Assembly: GCA_964016885.1 (NCBI GenBank)
Contig: OZ024740.1
Span: forward strand, 133,238,001-133,302,000
Direction: 5' to 3'
Source of the DNA: Eledone cirrhosa
Taxonomy: Eukaryota
DNA length: 64,000 bases
The translations under genes and the position numbers were made by a program. How positions within the stretch are numbered: position 1 is the first letter of the stretch; the number at the start of each line of letters is the position of its first letter. The notes beneath the pieces were generated by a model. That model was given only the letters and a program-made list of their open reading frames with translations. It searched no databases and was not told the origin of the DNA. Shown piece after piece: positions 1-13,928 of this stretch.

Positions 1-3000
1 TCACCACCAAGAAATCCAAAGAAAAAGAGAGAAAAATGGTCAAGGGAAGATAATAAAGAAGTCCTTGAGGCTTTCTACACTTTCATGTACTACCCATCAA
101 ATACATCGAATACAGAACAGACATATATCAACTGGAAAAAGAAACATCCCGAAAACAGAGGCTATATTGACAGTAACAAACTAGCTAATATACGAAGAAA
201 TATTGTAAGAAAAAAGTTACTAACTGATATAGAAATTGATCAGATCAAACTATTAGCGCAAAGTCAGCGAAGGGAAAATGAAACATGTGTCAGTGAAAAC
301 GAGGTAAACTGTAACACTTCGAATCCCAGGGTTGGGGCGGAATCACTGGCAACAGAACAAATTAAAGAAAGGATCGAAAAAGTGGAGGGAGTGCTTGCTC
401 AGGGTGAAACTCCAAATGAAAATAATGAGATCGTAAATGATAAAGAAATGAATGAGAATGAACTTGCCAACTTGAAGGATGAAATTATGATCGAATGGAT
501 GAAAATGAAAGAATCTGACATGGGGCAACGAGACACCCTCCCTAAGATACAGAACTCCAAACAGAACCAAAAGATAATACACAAGACTAACATAATTCTC
601 AAAAACATTATCATCACAAACAAACTAAACATTACTGATTTAAATCATCTCTATTATGCATCGGCTAAAGTCACCACTCACTTATGTGGAGTGAAGATGA
701 AAAAACAAAGGAATTCCCACAAGAAATCTACTTGGCAAGAGAACATCAATCGCCAAATAAACCTTCTCCGATCTGACATAGAAATTTTAACAAACTATAA
801 AGTAGGTGAACATGTTAAACAAACTGAACTTAGAAAATTGAAAAAAAAGTACAGTATAAAATCAACATGTGACATAGACATGCTGATAGAAATAATCAAG
901 CAAAAATTGTCGGCCAAAGATGCTCGTATAAGGCGCTTTGAAAAACGATCTAGATTCTATAAGGACAATAATATGTTCAAAAATAACCAAAGAAACTTCT
1001 ACAGAAAAATTGGTAAGTCAACAATAACTGCTAAATAAATACCACCCAAGGAGGAAGTGCAAGTATTCTGGGAAAAGATCTGGGCCGAAGAAAAAGTTCA
1101 TAACATACATGCCCCATAGATAGACAGACAAATGAAAGATACAGCTCACCTTGAGGAACAAACATGGGAAAATATAACAGTTGAACAGTTGCGCTTGGCT
1201 CTAAGAAAAACCAGCAAATGGAAATCCCCAGGAAAAGACAAAATACAAAACTTTTGGATAAATGCCTTCACAGAGTCTCATGAGCTGTTAGCCCAACTTT
1301 ACAATGAAATAGTTAAGGAGCCAGAAAAGATACCGTCATGGCTAGTTAACGGCATTACATTCCTGCTTCCGAAGAATGATGAGACAAACAATCCCAAAAA
1401 TTATAAGACCGATAACTTGCTTGACCACAATGTATAAAATGTTAACATCAGTCCTAACTGAATACACATATGACCACCTGATAACAAATGACCTATTTTC
1501 CATTGAGCAGAAAGGGTATAAACGAGGCTCATATGGCTGTAAGGATCAGCTTTTGGTTAACAAAATGATACTGGAAGATTGTCATAATAGACACAAAAAT
1601 CTATCGATTGCTTGGATAGATTATAAAAAAGCATTTGATAGTTTGCCACACAGTTGGATTGAAAAATGTTTAAAGTATCCCCCGTTGTCAGGAGGTTTTT
1701 GTTATTCAGTATGAAGACATGGAAAAAACGACACTCCTTTTGAATAGTGAAACAAAATCACTGGAAGCTGGAGAAGTTAATATTAATTGTGGAATTTTTC
1801 AGGGTGACTCTTTATCACCGCTTTTATTCTGCATCGCACTTTATACCATTAAGTAAAATGCTCAATGAAACAAAACATGGATATAAAGTCTATGACAAAA
1901 CCATTAATCACTTGTTCTACATGGGTGACCTGAAACTATTTGCAAAAAATGATGAACGATTGCAAGGTCTATTATCCACTGTGGAGCAATTCAGTGATGA
2001 CATTAAAATGGAGTTTGGACTAGATAAATGCGCCAAAGCAACGTTCACCAGAGGAAAGCTGCTGAAGAGTTCAGACATTAATCTTGATCGGGGGAACGTG
2101 ATAAGAGAACTTGATCAAGAAAAAACTTATAAATATCTAGGTGTTTGTGAAGGAGACGGAATCAAGCACTCGACAATGAGGGAAAGGATAAGGAAGGAAT
2201 GTTACCGCAGAGTAAGAGCAATCTTAAGAACGGAATTGAATGCAAGGAATAGGATCGATGCCATACACACGCTTGCCATACCAGTAGTAACCTACAGTTA
2301 CAATGTCATCAACTGGTCAAGCACAGATATCCGCAGCCTCGATACAAAAATTCGAAAATTCTTAACCAAGCACAGAATGCATCACCCTAAGGCAGATATA
2401 GATAGAATATATCTCCCTAGGAAAGAAGGAGGACGTGGGTTAATCCAGTTAGACATTGCGTTGAAAACTGCAACAATTGGATTATCTACATATCTAAGGG
2501 AATCACATGATTGGATGATCAAACTCGTTTTGAAACACGAAAGCATCAAAAGATCATATTCCATTACAAAAGATGCACAAAGATACAGTAATGGACTACA
2601 AATTTCAGAAGTCCCATTTACTGCTGAAATGGAAAACACAGAAAAAGCAAAGCAGGTAAAAGTAACTGCAAAGAAAGAACTGCTACAGAAACTGGCTAAG
2701 AAATGGCAAGAAAAGCCTCTGTATGGAAAATACCCAGAGCGAGCTAACAATCCTGATGTTGACAAAACTTTAACCCACAGTAGTTGGCATCCTCTGGACT
2801 GAAATCGGAGACTGAAGGACTGATTATATCGGCACAAGATCAGTGTCTGCCAACAAAAAATTACCAAGCCAACATAATAAAAAATGGGTGCAGCCCATTA
2901 TGCCGTGTATGCAAAAAACAACCAGAGACCATTGACCATATAATTTCAATGTGCAGCCCTATAGCTCCAACCAAATACCTAAACAGGCATGACAGAGCTG

Positions 3001-3610
3001 CCAATACATACATTGGATAATGTGTAAGCATTTTGACCTGCCCCATCAAAAGAATTGGTGGGAGCATCAACCACCTCCCATACTTGAAAAAGATCACATC
3101 TCAATCTTGTGGAACTTTAGCATCCAAACAGACCGAAAAATAGATGCAAACAGACCTGATATAATATTGAAAGACTTTCAAAAGAGGGTATGCCTGCTAA
3201 TTGATATGTCTGTTCCAATAGACAAGAATGTATCTATAAAAACATTTGAAAAATTGAGCAAGTATAAGTACCTGGAGATAGAAATTGGAAAAATGTGGAA
3301 ATTGAGAACTAAAACAATACCAGTGGTTGTAGGCGCTCTGGGAATGATACCTAAGGGGTCTAATGATTACATATCGCAAATCCCAGGAAACCCGCGCATA
3401 GGAGAAATACAAAAGATAGTACTAATGGGAACTGCCCATATACTAAGGAAGATTCTGTCAATATAAGTACTTCACAAGTCTAAACACTAAAGATGCATGT
3501 GTGAATATGTATGTTCTTTCTTGAACATGGCGGACCTTGTTGTCTCTTGAGGTCACTGGTTGTGACTTGGTGATAACTCGTATGAACATAAAGCAAGATA
3601 AATGCAACTG
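1..3610 (+). mobile_element. Degenerate R4/Dong-clade non-LTR retrotransposon (RT + CCHC + restriction-like endonuclease); 5' end outside window
   Basis: Frameshifted ORF pieces 85-1038, 1132-1437, 1376-1714, 1747-2802, 2784-3020, 3020-3466 carry WKSPGKDKIQNFW, RPITCL, WIDYKKAFDS, HLFYMGDLKLF (YMDD mutated), CRVCKKQPETIDHIISMC and NRPDIILKD...K..KY; followed by a short 3' UTR and (TAA)n. Confidence 0.9.
85..3466 (+). pseudogene. Disrupted RT-RLE polyprotein of the R4/Dong-like element
   Basis: Several stops and frameshifts; catalytic YMDD reads YMGD. Confidence 0.85.
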
Positions 3611-3625
3611 TAATAATAATAATAA

Positions 3626-3812
3626 TTGTTTCTACTTTTGGCACAAGGCCAGCAATTACCCAGTACATTACTGGTACTTTATTTTATCGACCCCGTAAGG
3701 ATGAAAGGCAAAGTTAACCTCGGCGGGATTTGAACTCAGACCGTAAAGGGACGTAACTATGCTGGAAAGCATGGCATCCGACTCTCTACTGATACTACCA
3801 ATCCACCGCCCT
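3626..3812 (-). mobile_element. tRNA-derived SINE, full length
   Basis: Minus strand reads GGGCGGTGGATTGGTAGTATCAGTAGAG...GAGTTCAAATCCC (A/B-box-like), core CCTTTCATCCTTACGGGGTCGATAAAATAAAGTACCAG and (ATT)n end; repeated nine times in the window. Confidence 0.85.
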
Positions 3813-4083
3813 CAAATAATAATAATAATAATAATAATAATGTTTTCTTTATTAACCACAAGGGTTTACATAAAGTAGACATTAAGGACAGTACAGGACA
3901 ATACAGGACGGTACAAATGGGCATTTCTGCGTGTAAAAAACAGAGGATGTAATACAATAACAAAGAAAAATTCCCAAATAGGGGGGAGACTTCCGAGGGA
4001 CATTTGTGGAGAAAGCCCATTAAAAGACCACTGTGACCCTGACCACCAGGGCAAGTGCCTTCTCCCAGTTTTCCACCTTTAAT

Positions 4084-7000
4084 TTACAGACACATACTCA
4101 GAGAAGGCCCATTCATTCGGGACATACTTGCCTCTCTCACCCATCTTTCAACAAAATGCTGGGAAGAGAGCACATCCCTCTCTACCCTGATTTTCCTTTT
4201 GAAATTAAATTTGAAAAAGTTAATCAGGGCATCACCGAAGAGGTAAGTGCTCGTCTTCAGCCCTTTCAAACGTGTCCACCATACTATCTCTTTCGCCATG
4301 GCCACCAGACAGATAAAAACTGCCTACCATTCCCGGCTAAAGAAAGAGGGCGGGGCAATCCTCACGATGGACTCAGCTGATAGCTGGATCCGTCCTACAC
4401 GTGACAGCAGGTGTTAGACATAAACCCACAAGTCAGCAATGCTCGGACACTGGACGAGTGCGTGCAGGACGGTTACGTCGCCCTGTGCGCATCTCGGACA
4501 TGCCCGCCTGACGGCACCTCCATGCCTCTAGAGTTTATCCCGAACTGGCAAAGCACCCCGGTAGCACTGCCAGGCCAGGGATTTCTGGAAGTTGTCCATA
4601 GGCCCCGGCCCGAAAGTCCTTCTGAAAAGATTGGCTAGTTGATTTTCGTCGACGCCTAGTGTTTCTCCAAGTACGTCGTCGCTCTTACCCTCCACTAATC
4701 CCCTATAGAACGCCAAGGTGGAGTTTCAACCGATCACATTGCCCGATTGGTCGAGGGCTGTGAGCGTCTGAAGACATTCCAGTCTCCAAGCGCTCCCTCT
4801 CGGTCTTCGCTTGGCCCAGGACTGCAGCTCCATCAAGGAGACGAGCTGGAGAAAAACGTGTCGAGCAAACGGCGACCACACCAGATCACCGTCGAGGAAG
4901 AGGTGGAAATGTCGTAGCCTGAGCGCGTGTCTGCGCATCATCAGCCACGGCATGCCCAGCCCTCCACGTAGCGGGTGTTGACAGCAGATGGACCGCCTGA
5001 CCATCGGAGCGCGTCTCTTCCACAAGAAGCGAAAGAGCAAACGCTCCAGCGCAGTCAGGCGGGGCTTAGGACAAGGTACGACGGTCAGGCGGTCGTAGAT
5101 GACGGACGCGATGTACGCGTTAGCCACCTCCGCTCGACCTTTCAGGGATAGCTTCCTCTCGGCCCATTTCTGGGTGAGAGAAGCCACCCTGTTCGTCACC
5201 TCGTCCCAGTTTTTGTCCGTCTGGAGGTCTGGACCGAACCAGACCCCTAGCAATTTAACCGGTCCGTCCGTCCAGCGCCCGACAACGTATGTTGGACGGC
5301 ATGGACCTGCCTCTCCAGGTGCCGAGCGGCAGGCCCACTGACTTTTCCTGGTTGATCATTGCTCCTGTCACCGCTTCGTATTCTCTTAATGTAGTGCCGA
5401 TCGACTCGATGTGTTTGGCGTTCGAAACAACTACGGTGACATCGTCGGCATATGCTGACACGGATCTTCCGCATCCTAGTTCGCGCGGGACCCCCCTCAA
5501 CGTCTCCAGTTTGTGCAGTAATGGCTCGATAGTCAATACGTACAATAAGGACGAGAGGGGACATCCTTGGCGGACCGAGCGCATGATGTTGAACGGTTCC
5601 GAAAGGTGACCGTTCACACTCACTACAGAGCAGATGTCGCTGTGCATGGCAGCGATCCAGCCTCTGAAGACGGGCCCAAAGCCAGCCGCCCTCAGGACTG
5701 CCGCTAGGTAAGGATGGTCGACGCTATCGAAGGCTTTCGACTGATCTAAATTGATCAAAGACCCACCCGTGCCAGGTTCCCTAGCTACCCTCTCTTCGAT
5801 GTATCGCATGAGGTGGAGGTTGTCGTGGATGGATCTGTCCGGAATGGCGCATGTCTGTGCCTCTCCCACCAGACCACCAACGACACGCGCCAACCTCTTT
5901 GCTAGCATCTTGTCCAAAATCTTGAACTCTGTGTTTAGCAGAGTTATGGGCCTAAAATTATCTATGTTATCCCCCTTGTTCGGATCCTTTCTCAGCAGCG
6001 CCACCGCTCATCGGCTCACAGAGCTGGGAATTCTCCCGTTCTGTTGCCAGTTGCAGTAGACGTCCGCCAAGAGGCCTCCGAACAAGTCTGGCATTTGTAC
6101 GTAAAGTTCATAGGGCAGACCATCCAAACCAGGCGATTTACCCCTTGTGCAGCCAGTCATTGCCTCCCGTACTTCAGCGGTTGTTATCGGCTTTTCGCAA
6201 CACTCCGCCTCAGTGGCCGAAAGCCGCGGCAGTCCGTCGAGGTAGACACTAAAGTCCATCCCTCGATCCGGCCCGCCACTGCCGCCGAACAGTTGAGCGA
6301 AGTGTCGCTGAAAAGCTTCACACATTTTCCCGGGATCGAGTAGCATGCGCCCGTCGTGGTCCACCAAAGACCGGATCGTGGCTTTGTTGCCACGACGCGC
6401 CTCCGCCACTCGGGCCCATTGAACGGCTTTCGTCTCCTCGTGTCTGAGAGCACGCACCCTAGCTCTGACAACGCAGCCTTCGTGCTTTGCATTGAAGAAT
6501 TGGTCAAGGGCCAATTTCGCAGCAAATACGTCGGTCGCGATGACTTTGCTAAGCGCCTCGTCTAATTTTCTAACTAATTCTCCCTCTGCTCTATTTTTCT
6601 CTATTGCTAAAGTCTTACTAAACCTAATGGACTCTATTCTAATTGCTCTTTTCAGAGCAAACCACCACTTGTTGTTGACGATGGCCCCCGTCAACGCCCG
6701 CTTAACTAGTTCGCTAATCCGGTCTCTGTAGGCCTTGCGCGCTGGTAAGGACGCGTTTAGCTCCCAGTAGCCGGGTCCTCGTCTATGAAGCCTATCTAAG
6801 TCAAGCACACAGATCACGAATTTGTGGTCCGTGTAGCTGACTATCTTGAATTGTGGACAGCCTATGCTAGACCTATCTATTTCCCTACAAAATACTCTAT
6901 CTAGATATGATCTGGATGACCCTATGCGATTTGTCCAAGTCCACATTGGTACATTCGGGAAATCCATTCGGTACCTGTCAGACAGTTCAAAACGCCTGAG

Positions 7001-7493
7001 CAGGCAGGTGAGCCTCTTGCACCCTCCTTCCCTATCCACTAATCCCACACAATCCCAGCGTGCATCTAAGATCCCGTTCCAGTTGCCCACTAACACTAAA
7101 GAGCGGGACGGTCTCCAGACGCCGGAAGAAATCAGGCCGCCCTGCTCCTGTCGGGGTATAGACGGCCACTAACCTGAAAGCTTGCCCGTCTCCGCTGGTC
7201 ACGTCCAGCTACACCAACTTACCTTCTGGGTCCAGGAATATGGCCCGTATGGCAAGATCCAAACCTCTCCGAAAAAGCACAGCAACTCCTCCCCCCGATC
7301 CCGGACGGCTGGGAGATGCGTACACATCGTAGCCGCCGAAGATCGGTGCGAAGGCCCGTGCTTCGGAGATTCTGGTCTCGCTGATGGCCACTACATCTAT
7401 GTTTAGTGTCCTAAGGTCGTTGAGCAGGTGGCCCTGCTTCCATGGCGACCCCAAGCCACGCGCATTTATGCTGCCTATTCTGAGTGTGGTCAT
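4084..7493 (-). pseudogene. Tx1 ORF2 (APE endonuclease + RT), disrupted
   Basis: ORF pieces 7209-7493, 6008-7096, 5255-6004, 4726-5253, 4528-4716, 4084-4305 are collinear with ORF2 at 60198-63634. Confidence 0.9.
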
Positions 7494-7527
7494 GTTGAAA
7501 AGGAGTGGAAAAGATGGTAAAGACCAC

Positions 7528-9234
7528 TTACCTTACTTCTCGTAGGGGAAGGACGGTTTTTCCATCCTTTTCACTGCTTGTGGCCTCCTCAGGAAGGATG
7601 TCCTTATGAATCCTCCTGGAGAGTGCTTGTCGGAAGTCTCCGATGTCTTTGGGGAATTTTTGTTTTAGTGTCATGACGTTTTCTGTGTGATGCGAGTGAT
7701 TTGTATGTGTGGAGGTGGTGTGAATTTTTGGGTTGTTGTGTAGTCTTTTTCTCTGATGCTGGTGTTGTGTTGGATGTTCAAATTTAATGCTGTGTAGTGT
7801 GTATCGTTTTGGTTGTTTTGTTTTGTTTGCGTTTGTTGTGGGTTTGTTTCTGTTTCGCATTTTGGTGACTTTTGTGGTGGAGGTGATGGTGTTGTTGGGG
7901 TTAATGATGGTGATGGTGTCGGTGTTTGGGTTGATGGGGTTGGTGATGCTGGTGTGGATGATGGCATATCTGTCCTAACTTTTTTGTTTGTTAATTTATT
8001 TGTTTCCCTCTGTATTTTGTTTTTGGAGCGGGAAGGAAGAGAATTTTTTTCTTTTTTGGTTTCTTTTTTTTTTCCTGATACCGTTTCCTACTCCTCGTCG
8101 TCACAATCTGTCTCCAGTTGTGATAGGCCGGGGAGTGGAACAATCCTTCACAGGCGTTAGTTTTGGTTGTGGCGTGGTGGATGGTGTAGGCGCTGGTGCT
8201 AGTTCTGAAGCGTTGGGTGGTGGTGGTGGTGTTGGTTTTGCTGGTGGTGGTGGTGTTGGTTTTGCTACTGTTGCTGGGGTTGTTGCTGTTATAGTTGTTT
8301 CTGTTGTTGCTGCTACAGTTTTTGCTGCCATCTCTGCTACTGGTGGTGTTGATGGTTGTGTCACTGGGGTGGGTAGGAGAGGTGGTCTCAACCTTTTAGC
8401 CTGAGGGCAGAAAGCCCTTAGGTGGGTTCCTTCACCACAAACGACACACCTAGGCCTTCTGCCCTCGACAATTACGGTGAGGTGGCTGCCGTCAGTGAGG
8501 TCTATTACCTCTGGGATCTCCTCAATGCTTTTTTGGTCCGCTTGGATCAGGAGCTCCATCCCAGATCCAGACCAGTTCTCCTGCTTTTCTTTTGCTATTG
8601 CTATTATTTTTGTGTTGGTTTCGATGCCGGCGAGGACGGCCGCTATTAGCCAGAGAATTTCGATGGCCGGTGGAACGTGGGTCACCCTGATCTTTACGAA
8701 TCTCTGGCCACAATAGCTTGGGACGAGTGTGAAGTCGTCACTTCTTAATGGGGCCATGGAGTGTTCTCTAGCCTCCTCTGGTGTTTCAAAGAACACGTCC
8801 ACCGTTCCATACTACTGCCCACGTCTGATGTGGGTTTTTCTTGCCCACACATGTCCCAAAGCTTTTTGGATTTGGGACTCGGATGCCCATTCCACTCGGC
8901 GCGATTTTACATTTATTGTTCGATACGACACAGTGCATAGGCGCTGATGCTCCATTTTATTAGGTGGGGGAGGGCTGAGGCTGACCCTGTACCCATCTTT
9001 CTTTACCATTTGTTTGGCATTTTCTAAATCCTCCTGAGTTACCGTAAATGCTTCGAACTGTTTTGCTACTCTGGCAAAACTGAGGGTGGTTTTTTTAATG
9101 TCATTGTTGTTGTTGTTGCTATCGTTATTTTTGTTATTCTTAATTTTGGTTTCAGTTGCGGTGGTGGTGACGTCAGTCGTCTTTGGTGGGGAAGAGTCCA
9201 TTTTGCTTGATTTCATTTCGACATCACGAGTCAA
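7528..9234 (-). pseudogene. Tx1 ORF1 (gag-like, CCHC zinc knuckle, Pro/Thr-rich tail), disrupted
   Basis: ORFs 8812-9234, 8101-8802 (CxxC-x4-H-x4-C), 7671-7967 and 7528-7860 lie upstream of ORF2. Confidence 0.7.
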
Positions 9235-9701
9235 TTTATTTTTTTCTTCTTATGTTTCTGTTGTAGCGGTGGTGGTGGGGGTGGTGGTTGTCGCGGTGGT
9301 GGTGGTTGTGGAGGCTTTAACACCTGCAGTCATTGGTAATGGCGGGAAATGAATGTCTGCCTGAGCCAAATTTAAAATATTGCTACTGCTTATATTTTTT
9401 TTAGTGTTGGCAGACGTAGTAACATTTACAATGGTAGTGTCGGTGTGAGGTGTTAATTTGTGAGAAAGGCTTTCAGTGGTGAATTAGCCATTTTTTTTTC
9501 AAAGAAATTTTTTGATAATCATAAAAGATTAAATTTTGGGCACAAGGCCCCAATCTTTTGGGGTGTCCTTTTCGGAAAACATTGTATGTGCGCTTATATA
9601 TAGTTAACAATAAAAATTTTCCATAAATGGCAATTTTTAACAAACGGAAATAACAAACCCTTGCGGAGCTCACGATGATACGATTTACTACGTAGGTCGC
9701 C

Positions 9702-9783
<82 letters not shown>
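9702..9783. repeat. (AAT)n microsatellite
   Basis: About 27 AAT units. Confidence 0.95.
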
Positions 9784-9787
<4 letters not shown>

Positions 9788-10083
9788 TAAAAAAATAAAA
9801 AAAAAAACCTAAAGAAAATAAGAATGAAGAGAGAAACAAGCTGACGGACTGAGAAATGAAGGGAAAAACTAAGTCAGACATTCGAACACTACATTACAAT
9901 GAAACTTATGCTTATTCATTTTTGGGTTTTTTCTGCCTGTTTGTTTGTTTGTTTATTTGTGTTCGTCTACAGCGTGATAATGCCACACAAAAGCCACGTG
10001 GAGTGACGCAACCACCGGAGGCGGTGAATCCACCGGTGGTTATGTAACCATACATTCGCCACATCCTCGATAAGAGTGTTTAA

Positions 10084-11995
10084 ATGTCGAACCTAAACAG
10101 TTCGAATAACGGTGAAATGGAGACTAGAACGTCATGTGACAGACTCTCAGCCAACAGATGCTCCCTGGCTCAGCAGCAGGGACCTGGCTGTCAACCAAAT
10201 ACTGCTGGTGTCGGAGGAAGAAGAAGAAGAAGAAGAAGAAGGAAAGGGACCAGACCAACTGGACGAAAGAATTGAATAGAACTGTTATGCAATATTACCT
10301 GAAAAGTAACCCCAAGGAGAGGGGCTATAGAAACGGATGCATAACATCTGGAATGAGATTGGTCTATTTAAATTAGATGAACAAAAATTGGCCGGGCTGG
10401 CTCGGGTAATAAGAACTAATGGGTGGAACTGGAGGAACTGAGCAGAGAGATTAGCTTGGAGATGGAGGGTGGAGTATGCCAGGCAAACGAGCCAGTGGGA
10501 AATGAAGGTGAAGAGGTCGAGAGAACGGAGGAACTACCCGAAGCAGACAATGATCTGAATACTGAGATAAATAATACCTGGAACAGAGATAGGCCACTGA
10601 GGAGATGAATGCTGATGGGCTAGGACAAGATTTGGTTGATATCCTAAATTTAGTGGTAGATGAATTGAACAATGATAGTGGGAGACCTATGAACCTAAGA
10701 TTTGTAGACAGGAAAAAGTTAAAAGAAACAACAGTTAAGGTAAACAAAATCATCCCATAGCTTGAGGCGAGGAGCCTTCACCAGTGCAACAATATCCTCA
10801 AAGCAACAGCAAATACGGTGAGGAAACTACTTGGTATAAAAGCGAGAGGAAACAACAGATAAGAAAGAGCAGAGCCTTGGTGGAAGAAACGACTGAGTGG
10901 TCAAATCAGGGAAATGAGATATGACATTGGTAAGCTTGAGTCCCTACTGAATGAGACACTAAAAAACATAGACACTAAAAATAGACTGGAAATAAAGTAC
11001 AAAACTAGGAGGAAAAAGCTAAATATTATCATAGAGGAACTGAAGCAACGCATTGTAGCAAAGAGTGCAAAAATCAGGTGATACGAGAACAGAGTCAGTC
11101 AGTATAAACAGAACCGCATGTTCAACAACAACCAGAAGATGCTGTTTGGACAGCTTGAAGGGAAAGAAAGAGGCAACGACTTGATCCCTGAGGCGGAACA
11201 AACTAAAACGTTCTCGAGAGGAATATGGGAGCAGGATGTTAGACATAATGACCAGGCAGTGTGGATTGAGACAGTACAGAAGATCAGTAAACAGGCACAC
11301 CAACAAACTGATTTGAGTATCACAGTTGAAACTCTTAAGGGGCAGGCCAAAAAGCTAACCAACTGGAAATCACCAGGCCCAGATGGTGTGCAGGGGTATT
11401 GGATTAAAAATATAACATCCCTCCACTCGAAACTGACAACCATGTTCAATGACTGCTTGATGTCAGGTGAGGTACCAGAGTGGTTGACAAAAGGTACCAC
11501 AGTTCTGATAATGAAAGACCGAATCAAGGGTAATGATGTTACCAACTATAGACCTATCACATGTCTGTCCGTAATGTGGAAACTGTTGACGAGCATTGTG
11601 TCTGAGGAAATCTACCATCACCTCCACACAAACAACTTGTTACCGGACGAACAGAAAGGATGCCGAAATAAGTCACGTGGTACAAAGGACCAGTTACTTA
11701 TTGATAAGATGGCAAGAGGAGACACACTGATCTTGCCATGGGATGGATAGACTACAGAAAGGCATTTGACATGGTGCCTCATTATTGGATCACCAAAAGC
11801 CTGGAGATCTTCAAGGTGGCAGATAACATCAGACAGTTGTTGGGCAAAAGTATGAGGTACTGGGAAACAGAGTTGACATCAACTGGAGAATCTTTGGGAA
11901 GCGTGAACATCAAGAGAGGTATCTTCCAGGGAGATAGCCTGTCCCCTCTGTTGTTTGTCCTTGTCCTCATGCCCCTGACCAGTGTACTGCGAAAT
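10084..11995 (+). mobile_element. Second R4/Dong-like RLE LINE, degenerate, 3'-truncated inside RT
   Basis: NWKSPGPDGVQGYWIK, YRPITCL, WIDYRKAFDMVPH, RGIFQGDSLSPLLF; breaks off before YMDD at about 11995; a distinct family from the copy at 1-3610. Confidence 0.85.
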
Positions 11996-12009
11996 TTAGG
12001 TTTCTATCA

Positions 12010-13070
12010 CAATACAATTGTAACCTCTAGCAAACATGAAAGAACAGCCGAACTCCAACTTTATCGCATCCATCTTTCTGGCCCTGGCTGTCTCTCCGTA
12101 TGGTAAGCAAATGCACCAGTCGCAGACTGCGCCAGGTAGCCACCGCGTGTTGCACGAGGGGTTTGCCACCGCGGAATGAGAGGATGGTCATGCCATCTAT
12201 CCTTTTGCCGTTCCCTCGGTCCAGCCTCACCCGCTCGAGCTGGGAAGGGAAGCCTGCAGTGTCCAAGTCATGCTTTATGACCTCGTTGAGGGCAGCCTGC
12301 CGTGAAAGGCGGCCAGCACTGTGGCGACAAGAAAGCGGATGGAGGCCGAAAGAGTCCATAGTGGATCCACAGCAACATTTGTATTGCTAACAGATCGGAG
12401 ACCAAGCCTCAAGAAAACGCCGATATGCAGGCTGTCGATATCCAGATGCGTTTCAGTGGAGAAGGAGGGCAAGGCATGGAGCTATGCACCACTGTGGGGT
12501 TTGGTGGCCGCAGGAAAACAGGCCTGGCGGTGCTGGTCGAGCTGGAACGTGAGCCGGTCTCAGGCCAGGCTGCACTGGATGGCGTCCCAAAGGATTTGGG
12601 GGGACTTTGCGTCAGCAGGGGCAGGAAGGAAGGACGTCTACTGGGCGATCCCACGTCTCACAGGCGACCTCACATTCCCTGATCACAGGGGAGTTCCATT
12701 GTGTTTTGCAAAAAAACATGCTGACGGTAAAGTGGCCTATTGCCAAAAAAATGTCGTCAAGCCTGATGTTGCATATCTCCTCGGCTGCCGCTCGTATATA
12801 AGTATCGATATCAGTGAGGAGAGGTACGTGGGTGTAGCACGGGGCGCTGCGAAGGGTATAGTGGAGCTTCGGCATGGCGAATCAGTTCCTCAACAGGAAG
12901 AGAGCTGGGTGGCCGTCAATCAAGCCCAGTCGGCTCGTGAGTTGTTGGAGCCTGGACCTGATGGTGGAGCGGATGGCCGGCGGGTGGATCGGTGACCCGA
13001 GGATGAGTACATCCACTTTCGGGGTCACTTGTACCTAGTGGAGAATGAACCGCACGTCCGAGCCCATACT
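12010..13070 (-). mobile_element. 3' fragment of a CRE-like RLE non-LTR retrotransposon
   Basis: ORF 12027-12359 LHPLSCRHSAGRLSRQAALNEVIK...DRGNGKRIDGMT matches the H-x-LSC...RH..LND...GKRPDG-x-T RLE signature; GC-rich block. Confidence 0.7.
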
Positions 13071-13529
13071 GAATTTTCAATAGCAACTTTTGCTAGATGT
13101 GTTTATTTCAAATCAATTTTTGGTGTTGAACCATCAATAGCTGTTTAAGTCATAAGTCCTTCTTCCATCAAGCATTCTTTATTCAGAGTGAATAAGCCGC
13201 GGATCTCGAATAGTGGAAATTACTCAACAAACATATATGTATAAGAATAGCAAACCTACTGCCTTAGCGCTCAAGAACACACACAGAACAATTGAGGAAG
13301 TCATCACAATTATTGCAGAAATTATAACCGATTGAACGCATCCAGGTACTGTTCAAGTACCGTTTGTAAAGCCCTGCCAATGACTGAAGCAATTCAATAA
13401 AACAATCCTGTGTTGCCCCTATAGTAGACATAACACGAGAAAACACACCATAATAATTCGGATAAACAATCAGAAGTATTGGCCCTAAAGAGTGCCTTGT
13501 AACGTCTACTGTTGCAAAGTGTCAATAAT

Positions 13530-13715
13530 TGTTTCTACTTTAGGCACAAGGCCAGCAATCACCCAGTGCATTACTGGTACTTTATTTTATCGACCCCGTA
13601 AGGATGAAAGGCAAAGTCAACCTCGGCGGGATTTGAACTCAGATCGTAAAGGGACGTAACTATGCTGGAAAGCATGGCGTCCAACCCTCTACCGATACTG
13701 CCAATCCACCACCCT
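13530..13715 (-). mobile_element. tRNA-derived SINE with 18-bp target-site duplication
   Basis: Near-identical to 3626-3812; TTGCAAAGTGTCAATAAT at 13512-13529 and 13717-13734. Confidence 0.9.
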
Positions 13716-13784
13716 ATTGCAAAGTGTCAATAATGGGGGATAAGTTACATCTCAAAACACGAAATATCGACAAAATAAACTTTA

Positions 13785-13928
13785 CGCATAGAGTTACGGC
13801 CCTTTCTATTCTGAGTTCAAATCCCGCCGAGGTCAACGTTGACTTTCATCCTTACGGGGTCGATAAAATAAAGTACCAGTAATGTACTGGGCAATTGCTG
13901 GCCTTGTGCCAAAAGTAGAAACAATTAT
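13785..13928 (+). mobile_element. Same SINE family, 5'-degraded copy
   Basis: GAGTTCAAATCCCGCCGAGG...GTCGATAAAATAAAGTACCAG...AGTAGAAACAATTATT. Confidence 0.85.

Larger units (their letters stand above)
3842..9700 (-). mobile_element. Apparently full-length but degenerate Tx1/L1-clade LINE flanked by (AAT)n on both sides
   Basis: ORF1 pieces with CVVCGEGTHLRAFC knuckle; ORF2 pieces with APE (SINARGL, YLDRVF, YTDHK) and RT (FRPITLLN, DQSKAFDSVDH, VRQGCPLS, AYADD); AATAAA near the 3' end; (AAT)n at 3815-3841 and 9702-9783. Confidence 0.9.

Noticed and set aside
9995-10070. Hairpin AACCACCGG/CCGGTGGTT upstream of the second R4-like element as a possible HDV-like ribozyme
   Set aside because: I could not assemble the nested double pseudoknot by eye; only a single 9-bp stem is evident
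12321-12995. 224-aa plus-strand ORF and other GC-rich overlapping ORFs inside LINEs
   Set aside because: Antisense or alternative frames of CRE-like and Tx1 coding sequence with no recognisable motifs
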